Source of the DNA: an uncultured Chloroflexia bacterium
GTDB taxonomy: Bacteria; Chloroflexota; Limnocylindria; Limnocylindrales; CSP1-4
Direction of reading: 5' to 3'
DNA length: 64,000 nt
NCBI GenBank assembly: GCA_963712745.1
Contig: CAVQJC010000020.1
Location: forward strand, 160,001-224,000
Of the stretch, positions 41,125-51,060 are shown piece by piece. The notes below the pieces were generated by a model. The model saw only the letters and a program-made list of their open reading frames with translations, searched no databases and had not been told where the DNA came from. Position numbers and translations under genes: made by a program. Within the stretch, counting starts at the first letter, position 1; each line of letters starts with the position of its first letter.

Positions 41125-42740
41125 CTAGGAAGCGGCCTTCTGGTCCGCGAGCACGGCCCGTGCCGCGTTGCGCCCCGGCAGCCCGGTGACACCACCGCCG
41201 GGGTGGGCTCCCGCGCCGGCCAGGTAGAGACCATCGAGCGGCAGCCGATGGCGGGCGTAGCCGAGCAGCGGCCGCCAGGCGAACCACTGGTCGAGGCCGG
41301 GCTCGAGGTGGAACGGATGCCCGCCCGACACCCCGAAGTCGCGCTCGATATCGAGCGGCGTCAGCACTTGCCGCGCTACGACCAGCCTGCCGATGCCTGG
41401 GGCTGCGCCTTCCAGGGTCCCGATCACGAGATCGCCGAGCGCCTCGCGTTGGGTATCCCAGTCGCCATCCCGCAGCTCGTATGGGGCCGTCTGGACGAGC
41501 ACGCTCATGACGTGCCGGACGCCAGCAGCCGCGGCGCCGTCGACCAGGAGCGGGTCGACCAGGCTGGGGATGGTGGCCTCCAGCCAGGGAGCGTCGCTGA
41601 TGCGTCCGTACTTCGACGCGTCGGCGGCCAGGTCGAGGTAGCGGACCGACGGAGCCAGCACGAGACGACCGCGCAGACGCATGGCACCTTCGTCCCCGTC
41701 GAGCCCCTCGAACGTGGGCAGCTCGGCCAGGGCCAGGTTGACCTTGGCCGTGACGCCGCGGTCGCGCAGGTGGTCGACCTCCCAGCCCAGCTCCGGCCCC
41801 AGCGTCTCGGGATCGACCAGGCCGCCCAGCGTGGTGCGCGGGTCAAGTCCGCTGACCACGACGCGGCTCTGCAGCTCTTCACCGTCGGCGAGGGCCACGC
41901 CGCTCACGGTGCCGTCAGCGTCGCGTATGGCGATGACCTCAGCACCGGTGCGGATGTCCACGCCCGCCGCGCGGGCGGCCTCGGCCAGCGCCGCTGCGAG
42001 CGCGCCCGGGCCGCCCCGGGCGTAGACGGTCTCGCCGGCTGCGCCGCCGCCGCTGCCGGCCGAATTGGTGAGCATCACGGCGCTGGTGCCCCCGTGATGC
42101 GGGCCCATGGCCGTGTGGCGCAAGCCGCGCGTCGCGATGAGCGCTCGCAGCGCGTCCGACTCGAGGTTGTCCTCGAGATAGTCGGCGATGGACATGGGCA
42201 GCATGCGTGTGAACTCGCGGGCCAGCCGCGACTCGAGCCGGCGATAGCGCCAGCCGAGCTTGAGGCCACTGACGAGCACGTCGGGGTTGGCCCTCTTGGT
42301 GTCAGGCGGCGTCATCAGCAGCAGACGCCAGAGCGTGGAGGCGAGCGCCCGCACCTCGGCGTCGAATGACTCCCAGGCCGCCGCATCGGATGTGGACACG
42401 GCTTCGAGCCCGGCCGCCGTACGGGCCGCGTCGGCCCAGAGGGTGATGGGGCCGCCTTCTCCACCGACGGCCGTGACGAGGGCCGCTGGCTGCACCAGGC
42501 GCAGCCCGTGCGCGCCGAGGTCCAGATCCTCGCGACCGAGGCGGTCAGGCGGCCCACCGTGTGGGCCAGCGTGGGCACGCGCGCCGACGGCGCGATCTCC
42601 GACGTGCCCACCATGCCGCCGACGGTCTCACGACGCTCGAGCAGGAGCGTCGAGAGTCCGGCCCGGCCCAGGTACGTCGCGGCCACGAGGCCGTTGTGGC
42701 CGCCGCCGACGACGATGGCATCCCAGTCCTGCGCGCTCAT
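41125..42740 (-). CDS. Phytoene-desaturase-like FAD oxidoreductase (subunit 2), interrupted by a -1 frameshift at about 42528
   Basis: DAIVVGGGHNGLVAATYL in the first frame and GLYLAGAGAHPGGGVTGLPG in the second. One added base restores ARDLDLGAHGLRLVQP. Confidence 0.85.
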
Positions 42741-44332
42741 GCCGCCACCCCCTTGCGCTTGGATCGCTCCAACACCTTCATCGCGGCGAGACGGCCGTTG
42801 GCGCCCATGATGCCGCCGCCCGGATGGGTGGACGAGCCGGAGAGCCACAGGTTCCGGACAGGCGTCTCGAAGCGGCTCCAGCCCGGCACCGGCCGGTTGA
42901 AGAAGAGCTGCTCGAGCGTCAACTCACCCTGGAAGATGTTGCCCTCGGTGAGCCCGATGTCGCGCTCCATGTCCAGTGGAGTCACCACCTGGCGATGGAG
43001 GATGATGTCGCGGATGTTGGGCGCCCGCTCGGCGATGACGTCGATGACCGCGTCGCCGAACGCCTCACGCTGGTCGTCCCAGGTGCCCTCGGCCAGCTTG
43101 TAGGGAGCCCAGTGGACGAAGCAGCTCATGACGTGCTTGCCCGGCGGCGCCATGGTGGGATCGACCAGCGTGGGGATGATCGTGTCGATGTAGGGCTTGC
43201 GGCTGAAGCGGCCGGACTTGGCGTCGTCGTAGGCCTGCTCCATGTAGTCGATCGAGGGCGAGAAGCTGATGGCCCCGCGGAGGTGCTCACCGGGTCCCGG
43301 CAGCGACGTGAACGAGGGCAGCGCGTCGAGCGCCAGGTTGACCTTGCCGCTGGAGCCCCGGAAACGGAACCGGCGGACGTCGGCCTCGAAGTCCGGTGGC
43401 AGTGTGCCCGACGGCAGCAGGCCCAGGAAGGTGCGTCGGGCGTCCGCACTGGAGAGGACATGGTCGGCCTCGATCTCTTCGCCGCTCTCGAGCACGACGC
43501 CCGTGGCGCGGCCGTCACGGACCAGGATCTCGGCCACCGGAGCCTCGGTGCGGATCTCGGCGCCGAGCGCAGCCGCGGCGCTGGCGATGGCCGCGGCCAC
43601 CCCGCCGGTGCCGCCCTTGGGGATGCCCCAGGCGCGGAAGGCACCGTCGATCTCACCCATGTAATGGTGCAGCAGCACGTAGGCGGTGCCGGGCGAGTGC
43701 ACGCCCAGGTAGGTGCCGATGATGCCCGAGGCAGACATGGTGCCCTTCAGCGGCGCAGTCTGGAACCAGCGATCGAGGAACTCGGCTGCGCTCATCGTCA
43801 TCAGCTGGATGAACGTGAGCTGCTGCCGGCGCGACAGGCCTGAGAAATCCTTGATGAGTGAGCCCAGTGCCGACGCGTCGCGTGGGTCGGGCCGGCGCGG
43901 GTCGGTCGGGGTCATGGCCAGGATGGGCTTGATGAAGCGCGCCATCTGCGCCATCAGTTGGCCGTACTCCTGGTAGGCCTCGGCGTCGGAGAGCGACCAG
44001 CGGCGCAGCTCGCGCATGGTGTGCGCGTGATCGTCGGTGCGCCAGAGATGGTCGCCGTCGACCGGCGTGAACGTGCCGTCCAGCGGCAGGATGTGCAGGC
44101 CGTGCCTGGGCAGTTGCAGGTCGCGGATGATCTCGGGTCGCAGCAGGCTGACCACGTACGAGACCACGCTGAAGCGAAAGCCCGGGAAGATCTCCTGGGT
44201 CAGCGTCGCCCCGCCCAGGATCTCGCGACGCTCGAGCACGAGCGTGCGCAGGCCACCCTTGGCCAGGTAGGCGCCGCTGATGAGGCCGTTGTGGCCGCCA
44301 CCGATGACGACCGCGTCGTAGCGTTGTGGCAC
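42737..44332 (-). CDS. Phytoene-desaturase-like FAD oxidoreductase (subunit 1, COG1233 type)
   Basis: DAVVIGGGHNGL, PGTAYVLLHH, GNIFQGEL and THPGGGIMGANG. GTG 44332 follows a GAGGAG RBS. Confidence 0.9.
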   Translation of the reverse strand: MPQRYDAVVIGGGHNGLISGAYLAKGGLRTLVLERREILGGATLTQEIFPGFRFSVVSYVVSLLRPEIIRDLQLPRHGLHILPLDGTFTPVDGDHLWRTDDHAHTMRELRRWSLSDAEAYQEYGQLMAQMARFIKPILAMTPTDPRRPDPRDASALGSLIKDFSGLSRRQQLTFIQLMTMSAAEFLDRWFQTAPLKGTMSASGIIGTYLGVHSPGTAYVLLHHYMGEIDGAFRAWGIPKGGTGGVAAAIASAAAALGAEIRTEAPVAEILVRDGRATGVVLESGEEIEADHVLSSADARRTFLGLLPSGTLPPDFEADVRRFRFRGSSGKVNLALDALPSFTSLPGPGEHLRGAISFSPSIDYMEQAYDDAKSGRFSRKPYIDTIIPTLVDPTMAPPGKHVMSCFVHWAPYKLAEGTWDDQREAFGDAVIDVIAERAPNIRDIILHRQVVTPLDMERDIGLTEGNIFQGELTLEQLFFNRPVPGWSRFETPVRNLWLSGSSTHPGGGIMGANGRLAAMKVLERSKRKGVAA

Positions 44333-44491
44333 GTTCTCCTCGCTTGGCGCGCCTCCCCTGCCCCTCGACAGGGTCCCCACGCGCCCTCGACGACATCAGT
44401 CGGTCGCCGGAGTGTCATGTCCCATGCTACCCGCCCGGCGAGGTTGCGGGTCGGCCGGGCCAGCGCGCGACGCGACGCCTAGACTCTGCTC

Positions 44492-45685
44492 ATGTCAGTC
44501 GGATCAGCCTTTGACGAGCGCACCCTCGAGCTGAACGTCCGGCGACAGTGGCGTGAATGGTCGGGGGTGTTCAGCTCGAGCGCGTATGCGCCGCATATCG
44601 ACATCGAGTACAACGCGCTGCGCAACGCCGCGGCGCTCATCGATGTCTCGCCCCTCTTCAAGTACCGCGTGGCCGGCCCGGATGCCGATCGGCTGGTCGA
44701 TCGCGTCATCACCCGCGAGGCCATGTCCGTCAAGCCGGGTCGCGTCATCTACACGCCCTGGTGCGACAGCGAGGGCCGCGTCATCGACGACGGCACGCTC
44801 ATGCGCCACGACGACGGCTCATGGTTCTGGACCGCGGCCGAAGGCCAGCTGCGCTGGCTGCAGCTCAACTCGCGCGGGCTCGACGTCGACATCGAGGACC
44901 GCACGGACGCTCTGGCGGCGCTGGCCCTGCAGGGGCCGCTCGCGCGCGATGTGCTCGAGGCGACCGCCCAGACGTCCCTCACCGAGCTGCGCTACTTCAG
45001 CCACCGTGCGCTGACGATCGCCGGGGTCAACCTCGACGTCAGTCGCACCGGCTACACCGGCGACCTCGGCTACGAACTGTGGATCCCGGTCGAGGATGCG
45101 CTGGCGGTGTGGGACGCGCTCGTCGAGACCGGCACGGCCTACGCCTTGCGTCCGGCTGGCATCCTCGCGCTCGACGTCGCCCGCATCGAGGCCGGGCTCA
45201 TCATGGCCGGCGTCGACTACATCTCGTCCCATCACGCGCTCACGCGCGAGCAGAGCTACTCGCCCTATGAGCTGGGCCTGGGCTCGCTGGTCAAGCTGGA
45301 GAAGGAGGTCGCCTTCGTCGGCCGGAACGCGCTGCGCGCCGAGCGGGATGCGGGTGGCCCGCCCCGACGGCTGGTCGGGCTCGATCTGGACTGGGCCGAC
45401 CTCGAGCGGTTGTACGCCGCACACGGGCTGAGCCCGGCGCTGTCGGCCAACGCCTGGCGAGACGAGATCCCCATCTACGACTTCGGCCAGCAGGTCGGAC
45501 GTGCCACCAGCGGCTCGTGGAGCCTGGTGCTCAAGAAGAACCTGGCCATCGGCACGGTGGCCGCGGCCTCGGCCGAGATCGGCACAGAGCTGGAGATGGA
45601 GTGGTCCGTCGAGGGCGAGCGCGGCCGCATCGGTGCCGAGGTCATCGAGCTGCCCTTCTTCGACCCGCCCCGCAAGCGCGAGTAG
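44492..45685 (+). CDS. GcvT-like folate-dependent aminomethyltransferase/demethylase
   Basis: EYNALRNAAALIDVS, GRVIDDG, LALQGP, SRTGYTGDLGYEL, RIEAG and PFFDP. No gcvH or gcvP nearby. Confidence 0.88.
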   Translation: MSVGSAFDERTLELNVRRQWREWSGVFSSSAYAPHIDIEYNALRNAAALIDVSPLFKYRVAGPDADRLVDRVITREAMSVKPGRVIYTPWCDSEGRVIDDGTLMRHDDGSWFWTAAEGQLRWLQLNSRGLDVDIEDRTDALAALALQGPLARDVLEATAQTSLTELRYFSHRALTIAGVNLDVSRTGYTGDLGYELWIPVEDALAVWDALVETGTAYALRPAGILALDVARIEAGLIMAGVDYISSHHALTREQSYSPYELGLGSLVKLEKEVAFVGRNALRAERDAGGPPRRLVGLDLDWADLERLYAAHGLSPALSANAWRDEIPIYDFGQQVGRATSGSWSLVLKKNLAIGTVAAASAEIGTELEMEWSVEGERGRIGAEVIELPFFDPPRKRE

Positions 45686-45723
45686 CCCCCAGGAAGCCGG
45701 CGACTGGTGGTGGTCGGCCGCCG

Positions 45724-45757
45724 TGGTATGATGCTCGTGCATACTGCGCCGCATACT
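45724..45757 (+). promoter_or_regulatory. vapBC promoter: extended -10 TGGTATGAT overlapped by inverted repeat GTATG-N9-CATAC (candidate operator)
   Basis: GTATG 45726-45730, CATAC 45740-45744 and a second CATAC 45752-45756. Confidence 0.55.
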
Positions 45758-45768
45758 CAGGATTCGCC

Positions 45769-46017
45769 ATGACCATGGTGCGTACCACCATCACCATCCC
45801 CGAGGAAGTGCTGCGTGCCGTCGACGACCTCGCCGGTGCCGGCGGGCGCTCCGCCTGGATCGCCCAAGCCGTCGAGGCTCGCATGAAGCGCGAGCGGCTG
45901 GGCAGGGCCATCGAGGAGACCCGCGGTGCCCTCAAGGACTCGCCGTGGTGGAAGACACCCGAGGAATTGTATCGGTGGGTACGCGACCAGCGCATCGATC
46001 GCGAGGACCCTGTGTAG
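45769..46017 (+). CDS. vapB: Ribbon-helix-helix antitoxin (VapB-like)
   Basis: MVRTTITIPEEVLRAVD....RSAWIAQAV RHH pattern, abutting a PIN gene. Confidence 0.8.
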   Translation: MTMVRTTITIPEEVLRAVDDLAGAGGRSAWIAQAVEARMKRERLGRAIEETRGALKDSPWWKTPEELYRWVRDQRIDREDPV

Positions 46018-46449
46018 ATGTCGGGCTACGTCCTCGACACCACGGTCATCATCGATCACGCTCGTGGCCATGCTGGAGGCCCGGAGGTCGTCGCACGTCT
46101 GTTTGCCGAGACCGGCCAGCTGTACACCTGCGACATCGTGACGACCGAGGCCCTATCGGGCGGCGATGCCCCGGAACGCGCGGCCATCACTAGGTTCCTC
46201 GATGCGCTCGAGTTCATCGCCGTCGATCCGGAGGGGGCACGCTGGGCGGGTCGCCGTCGCCGAGACCTGCAGACCGCAGGCCGACGCTGCCCGCTGGCGG
46301 ACGCGCTCATCGCCGCGACGGCCTGGCGGGTGGGGGCAACGGTCGTGACCCGCAACCCGGCTGATTTCGAGCGCTTCGGTGTGCCTGTCCTGGCCTACGG
46401 CCACCCACCGGCGGCGAGCGCGGGCACGAAGCGCGGGTCTACTTCGTAG
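46018..46449 (+). CDS. vapC: PIN-domain toxin (VapC-like)
   Basis: YVLDTTVIID, E.LSG, ADALIAATA and VTRNPADF. Confidence 0.9.
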   Translation: MSGYVLDTTVIIDHARGHAGGPEVVARLFAETGQLYTCDIVTTEALSGGDAPERAAITRFLDALEFIAVDPEGARWAGRRRRDLQTAGRRCPLADALIAATAWRVGATVVTRNPADFERFGVPVLAYGHPPAASAGTKRGSTS

Positions 46450-47165
46450 ACGTCACGGATGCGCTCGGGTGAGAGCACCTCCGCCGGCGCGCCGTCGGCC
46501 ACCAGCCGCCCCTCGTCAAGCAGCACCAGCCGCGGGAAGAAGTGGGCCGCCAGCGGCAGGTCGTGGAGCACGGCCAGCACCGTCAAGCCGTCGTCGGTCA
46601 GCCGCTCGAGCAGCGACAGCACCTCCACCTGGTGCCGCAGGTCGAGGTGGACGGTGGGCTCGTCGAGGACGATGAGCCGGCCACCCTGGGCCACGGCCAT
46701 GGCGATGAGCACGAGCTGGCGCTCGCCCATCGAAAGCTGCTGAACGTCGCGGCCACGCAGCCTGTCGATGCCCACCCGCGTGATGGCCGTCTCGACCGCG
46801 GCGCGGTCGGACGCAGCGGCGCCGGTGAAGGGATTCTCATGGGGGATGCGTCCCAGTCGAACGACCTCCTCGACGTGCATCGAGAAGGGTAGGTCCACCT
46901 GGCTGGGCACGACCGAGATGGCCCGCGCGATGGCCGAGCGCTCGATGCCGGCCAGGGGCTCGCCGTCGAGGACGACCGTGCCGCTGGTCGGCTCGGCCAG
47001 GCCGGTCAGACAGCGCAGCAGGCTCGACTTCCCTGCGCCATTGGGCCCGACCAGGCACAGCCGCTCGCCCGGCTCGATGTGCAGTTCGACGCCGGCCAGC
47101 ACGTCGGTCTGGCCATAGCGAAGGCCGAGGCCCTCGACGTCGACGCGCAGTCCCGGCGCGCTCAC
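46395..47165 (-). CDS. Cobalamin/Fe-siderophore ABC transporter ATPase (BtuD-like)
   Basis: GPNGAGKS, LSMGERQ, LDEPTVHLD and VLHDL. GTGA overlap with the permease. Confidence 0.92.
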   Translation of the reverse strand: MSAPGLRVDVEGLGLRYGQTDVLAGVELHIEPGERLCLVGPNGAGKSSLLRCLTGLAEPTSGTVVLDGEPLAGIERSAIARAISVVPSQVDLPFSMHVEEVVRLGRIPHENPFTGAAASDRAAVETAITRVGIDRLRGRDVQQLSMGERQLVLIAMAVAQGGRLIVLDEPTVHLDLRHQVEVLSLLERLTDDGLTVLAVLHDLPLAAHFFPRLVLLDEGRLVADGAPAEVLSPERIRDVYEVDPRFVPALAAGGWP

Positions 47166-48241
47166 AGCTGGTACCCCGTGCGATAGCGGCGCAGCAGGAG
47201 CACGAAGATGGGCGCGCCGATGACGGCGGTGATGATGCCCACGGGCAGCTCCCCCACCAGCCGGGCGCCGAGGTCGGCGATGACCAGGAAGGCGCCACCG
47301 AAGATGGCCGAAAGCGGGAGCACCACGCGCGCATTGGGGCCGACCACCAACCGGATGACGTGCGGCACGACCAGGCCTACGAACCCGATGAGCCCGGCCA
47401 GGGCCACCGCTGCCGCCGTGACCAGCGAGGCCAGGCCCAGCAGGATGGCGCGCTCGCGACGCACGTCGACGCCAAGGTGGAGGGCCGTGTCGTCGCCCAG
47501 CAGTAGGCCGTTGAGCGAGCGGGCTCGGGCCAGGATGAGGATGGTCCCGACGGCGATGACGGGCAGGCCGATGGCCAGGCTCTGCCAGTCCGAGCCCGAG
47601 AGGCTGCCGAGCAGGTAGAAGAAGATCTGTCGCAGCTGCGAACCTGACAGGTACATGGCCAGGGAGAGCCCGGCCGCGAGCATGGAGCCCACCGCGTAGC
47701 CGGTGAGCAGGATGGAGGTCATGGTCGAGCGTCCGCCTCCGCCAGCCACGCGGTAGACCAGCGCGATCGCCGCGAGAGCGCCGATGAAGGCGAAGATATT
47801 GACGATTCCCAGCCCGAGCCAGGCGATGTGGATGGGCAGGAGCACGCCGATGGCGGCTCCGAGGGCAGCCCCCGAAGCGGTGCCCAGGACGTAGGGATCG
47901 GCCAGCGGGTTGCGCAGCAGCCCCTGGAAGGTGACGCCCGCGATGGACAGGCCGAGACCGACCACCAGCGCGGTCAGGACCCGCGGCAGCCGCAGGGTGA
48001 GCACGATGGTCTCCGAGGAGCGGGCCCAGGTGCCGTCGACATCCCAGCCCAGCTGGCCCGCCAGGATGGCGATGGTCTCGCTGGGGGAGATCTGTACCGT
48101 GCCCAGGCCGATGCCGGCGACCACGGCCACGGCCAGGATGAGCAGCCCGATGAGGCCCAGCACGACAGGGTGTCGGCGCAGGGCCTCGAAGGAGCTGTGG
48201 CGGACCGTCGCGCCCCCGCGCGCCAGGTCCTGGGTGGTCAT
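47162..48241 (-). CDS. FecCD/BtuC family ABC permease
   Basis: LRLPRV, FQGLLRNPLADPYVLG and GLIGFVGLVVPH. Confidence 0.94.
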   Translation of the reverse strand: MTTQDLARGGATVRHSSFEALRRHPVVLGLIGLLILAVAVVAGIGLGTVQISPSETIAILAGQLGWDVDGTWARSSETIVLTLRLPRVLTALVVGLGLSIAGVTFQGLLRNPLADPYVLGTASGAALGAAIGVLLPIHIAWLGLGIVNIFAFIGALAAIALVYRVAGGGGRSTMTSILLTGYAVGSMLAAGLSLAMYLSGSQLRQIFFYLLGSLSGSDWQSLAIGLPVIAVGTILILARARSLNGLLLGDDTALHLGVDVRRERAILLGLASLVTAAAVALAGLIGFVGLVVPHVIRLVVGPNARVVLPLSAIFGGAFLVIADLGARLVGELPVGIITAVIGAPIFVLLLRRYRTGYQL

Positions 48242-48243
48242 GG

Positions 48244-49254
48244 TCAGGCGGCTTCACACATCGGCGGGTCGCTCGGGAAGCCGGCCAGCTCCAGCTCCGG
48301 GTGGATCGCCCGAGCCAGCGAAGCCAGGCCCTGTGCCAGACGCGGCCCTGGGCGGGTGACCGGGACGTCGTTGACTGGCACCACGTCGCCCACGGCCACG
48401 GCGGTCATGGTGTCCCAGCCGGGCCTGGTGGCGACGACGTCGGGGCAGACCCCGTAGTTGGCATCGCCCAGGACGATGATCTCAGGGTCGGCCACGATCA
48501 GCTCCTCGAGCGGGATCGACCAGGCGCCGGCGTCGGTGGTGGTGACCGGGTCACCGCCCGCCAGGACGATCATGTCGGCCAGGAAGGACTCCGGCGCAGG
48601 AGCGTAGATCTCGGGTTCGGCGCCGATCTCGTAGAACGTGCGTGGCCGATACTCGACCGCGGCCACCGCTTCCGCCACGGCTTCGAAGCCGGCCGTCATC
48701 TCGGCCACCACGGCTGCCGCCTCGTCGGGCGCACCGATGGCTTCGCCGATGAGTTCGATGTCGGCCACGACCGTGGGCACATCGGGCGCGTAGACGACGA
48801 CCACCGGGATGCCCAGGTCGCGCATCGTGGCGATGTCATCGGGATCGGTCAGGTTGTTCCCGCCGGCGAGGACGAGGTCGGGCTCGAGCGCCACCACCTG
48901 CTCCATGTTCGCACTGCTGAAGGTAGCCACCGGGGTCAGCTCCAGAGCCTCTGGCGGGTAGTCGTCCGAGTCGGTACGGCCGACCATGCGCTCTCCGGCG
49001 CCGAGGGCGTAGGCGATCTCGGTGTTGGCCGGTGAGAGGCTGATGATGCGCTGCGGCTCCGCCGCGATGGTCACCTCCGTGCCCTCGTCATCGGTGATGG
49101 TCACGGGGAAGGCGTCCTCATCAGCCTGGGCGGCCGAGCCCGATCCGGTAGCGACGGTGACCGACATGATCAGGAGCGCTCCGGCTGCAATGGTCACAAC
49201 AAAGCCCCGGCCACGCGAAGTGACGAGGGCTGGGTCGATGGTCGGCGAACGCAC
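48244..49254 (-). CDS. BtuF-like cobalamin-binding protein
   Basis: PQRIISLSPANTEI, DYP and TRPGPRL, with a TM or signal N-terminus, downstream of a B12 riboswitch. Confidence 0.88.
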   Translation of the reverse strand: MRSPTIDPALVTSRGRGFVVTIAAGALLIMSVTVATGSGSAAQADEDAFPVTITDDEGTEVTIAAEPQRIISLSPANTEIAYALGAGERMVGRTDSDDYPPEALELTPVATFSSANMEQVVALEPDLVLAGGNNLTDPDDIATMRDLGIPVVVVYAPDVPTVVADIELIGEAIGAPDEAAAVVAEMTAGFEAVAEAVAAVEYRPRTFYEIGAEPEIYAPAPESFLADMIVLAGGDPVTTTDAGAWSIPLEELIVADPEIIVLGDANYGVCPDVVATRPGWDTMTAVAVGDVVPVNDVPVTRPGPRLAQGLASLARAIHPELELAGFPSDPPMCEAA

Positions 49255-49287
49255 GTGCTTCCCCTTTCACTCGAAGGGCTGGCGCAC

Positions 49288-49388
49288 GATCCAGGCCACG
49301 GCGTCCGGACTTGCGGCGCGAGAGCACCGTTCACCGTAGCGGGACTGTGCCGGCTTCTCACCGGTCTTCGCGTGACCCGGATCCCGCT
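49288..49388 (-). ncRNA. Cobalamin riboswitch
   Basis: Minus strand GCGAAGACCGGUGAGAAGCCGGCACAGUCCCGCUACGGUGA...AAGUCCGGACGCC matches the B12-box core. Closing stem GAUCCGGGUCAC/GUGGCCUGGAUC. TAGACT -10 at 49406-49411. Confidence 0.88.
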
Positions 49389-49519
49389 GTTTGGTTGTCC
49401 TGCCGAGTCTACCGCGGTGGAGTCCGCGCGACACGCGCATAAGTGCGGGGTAAGAGCGCCCGTTGATACTGCGCTCAACCGCCTCCACCGCCGGTCATCC
49501 GCCGGAGGAAGGGCTGTCC

Positions 49520-51046
49520 ATGCGAGGACACACACGTGGATTCCCCGAGCGCACCGCGCTGCTGGCGCTGGCCGGTGCGGTGCTGGCAGCATCGCTGCCG
49601 GTGGCCGCTGCCGCCGCCGCTCCCATCGACGTGGCTGGGCTACCACCCTGCGATGGCCTCCCTAGAACGACCGAACGCGACGATGAAGTGGCGTCACCGT
49701 GGCAGGTCGTGCTGGATGAGGACGGCGTCGTGCAGGAGCATCGTCTGACACTCCGGCGCGGCGGCAGAGAGGCGGTGGTGCGAGCCGGCAGTCGCGGTTT
49801 CGCCATCCGCGTCGGTGATGGGCGACTGCTCATCGGCGACCGGGCCGAGGACGGTACCCGCTTGACCATGATCGAGATCCGGCGCAGCTGCCGCTTGTGG
49901 ACGCGGAGCTTCGACGGCCTCGTCTACCCCCACCGCGACGCGCTGGCCGGTGAACCCGTGCGGCTTGCCACCCACGAGCCTCGATCACGCCGCTTCACCG
50001 GCACGCTCCTGCTCGATGTCGAGACCGGCGCCTCCAACGGCCTCATCGACGGACAGTGCATCGAGACCTGTCTGCCCCATGACGGAGACATCTCTGCGGC
50101 CGCGCTGCAGCCGGCGGGGGCGCCGCGCCCGGTGCCGAATTTCTCTCGCGGCGGCTGGCCCAAGGACACTACCCTGCCCTTCCGCTGGAAGTCGGGTGCG
50201 GCCCCGCCATCGTGGGCCACGACGCCGCTCCTGTCGGCCGCCAACGACGCCCGGCGGACGTCGGGAGCCCGCAGCCCACGATTCGTCTATCGCTCGTCCG
50301 CTTCCAACGCGGTGGCCTACGGCGGCAACGTCCCCGGCTACTGCGGCATCAACGGCATCGCCTGCGCCGGGCGCAGCATCCCCAGCTTCTGGGGTGTGTG
50401 GCTGCGGCCCTACGGCACCGACTACGCGTGGGGCTCGCTGCGCTGGTGCCAGAAGACATCGTCGGCCCAGGGCTGCTTCGACATCCGCCGCGTGCTGCTG
50501 CATGAGCTCGGACACATCATCGGGCTGACCCACCCGTCAAGCGCCGGCTTCACCCTGGCCGGCGGCGAGTCTGTGATGCAGGCCATCACGCCCACGCGCC
50601 CCAAGCCCGGGGCTGGACGACATGCCTTCGGCCGGTGCGATGTGGCCACGCTGCAGGAGCTCTACGACACGCCGGACAACAAGACCCCCATCTCCAGCTG
50701 CAACGACGTCGCCACCATCCTGCGGCTGGACGCGACCAGGTCTTCGCTGGCGGCAGGAGAGAGCGTGACACTCCGGGCCCGGCTGGAGATCGACGACCGC
50801 TCCGCCTATCGGCAACTGCGGGGCAATCCGCTCAACGGGCGGTCGGTCAAGCTCAGGTACCGGCGTGCCGGCAGCAACGACGTCTGGAAGACCGCGTGGA
50901 TGAAGTCGACCTACTCATCGGGCAACTACGAGCTGACCATCGCGCCGGCCGCCACCTGGGAATTCAAGGCCGTGTTTCCGGCCCCGGCAGACGAGGGGCT
51001 GCGCTACAGCCGCTCGGCCACGGTGAAGGTGAAGGTGGCGGGTTGA
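49520..51046 (+). CDS. Secreted matrixin-like (metzincin) metalloprotease, Cys-rich
   Basis: Signal peptide, HELGHIIGLTH, Met-turn ESVMQ and an Ig-like C-terminus. Confidence 0.8.
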   Translation: MRGHTRGFPERTALLALAGAVLAASLPVAAAAAAPIDVAGLPPCDGLPRTTERDDEVASPWQVVLDEDGVVQEHRLTLRRGGREAVVRAGSRGFAIRVGDGRLLIGDRAEDGTRLTMIEIRRSCRLWTRSFDGLVYPHRDALAGEPVRLATHEPRSRRFTGTLLLDVETGASNGLIDGQCIETCLPHDGDISAAALQPAGAPRPVPNFSRGGWPKDTTLPFRWKSGAAPPSWATTPLLSAANDARRTSGARSPRFVYRSSASNAVAYGGNVPGYCGINGIACAGRSIPSFWGVWLRPYGTDYAWGSLRWCQKTSSAQGCFDIRRVLLHELGHIIGLTHPSSAGFTLAGGESVMQAITPTRPKPGAGRHAFGRCDVATLQELYDTPDNKTPISSCNDVATILRLDATRSSLAAGESVTLRARLEIDDRSAYRQLRGNPLNGRSVKLRYRRAGSNDVWKTAWMKSTYSSGNYELTIAPAATWEFKAVFPAPADEGLRYSRSATVKVKVAG

Positions 51047-51060
51047 GGCACCGACCCGGC

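Noticed and set aside
41125-44332. Carotenoid biosynthesis (crtI)
   Set aside because: No crtE, crtB or crtY genes are nearby, and the motifs (GGGHNGL, HPGGG) fit the broader COG1233 group.
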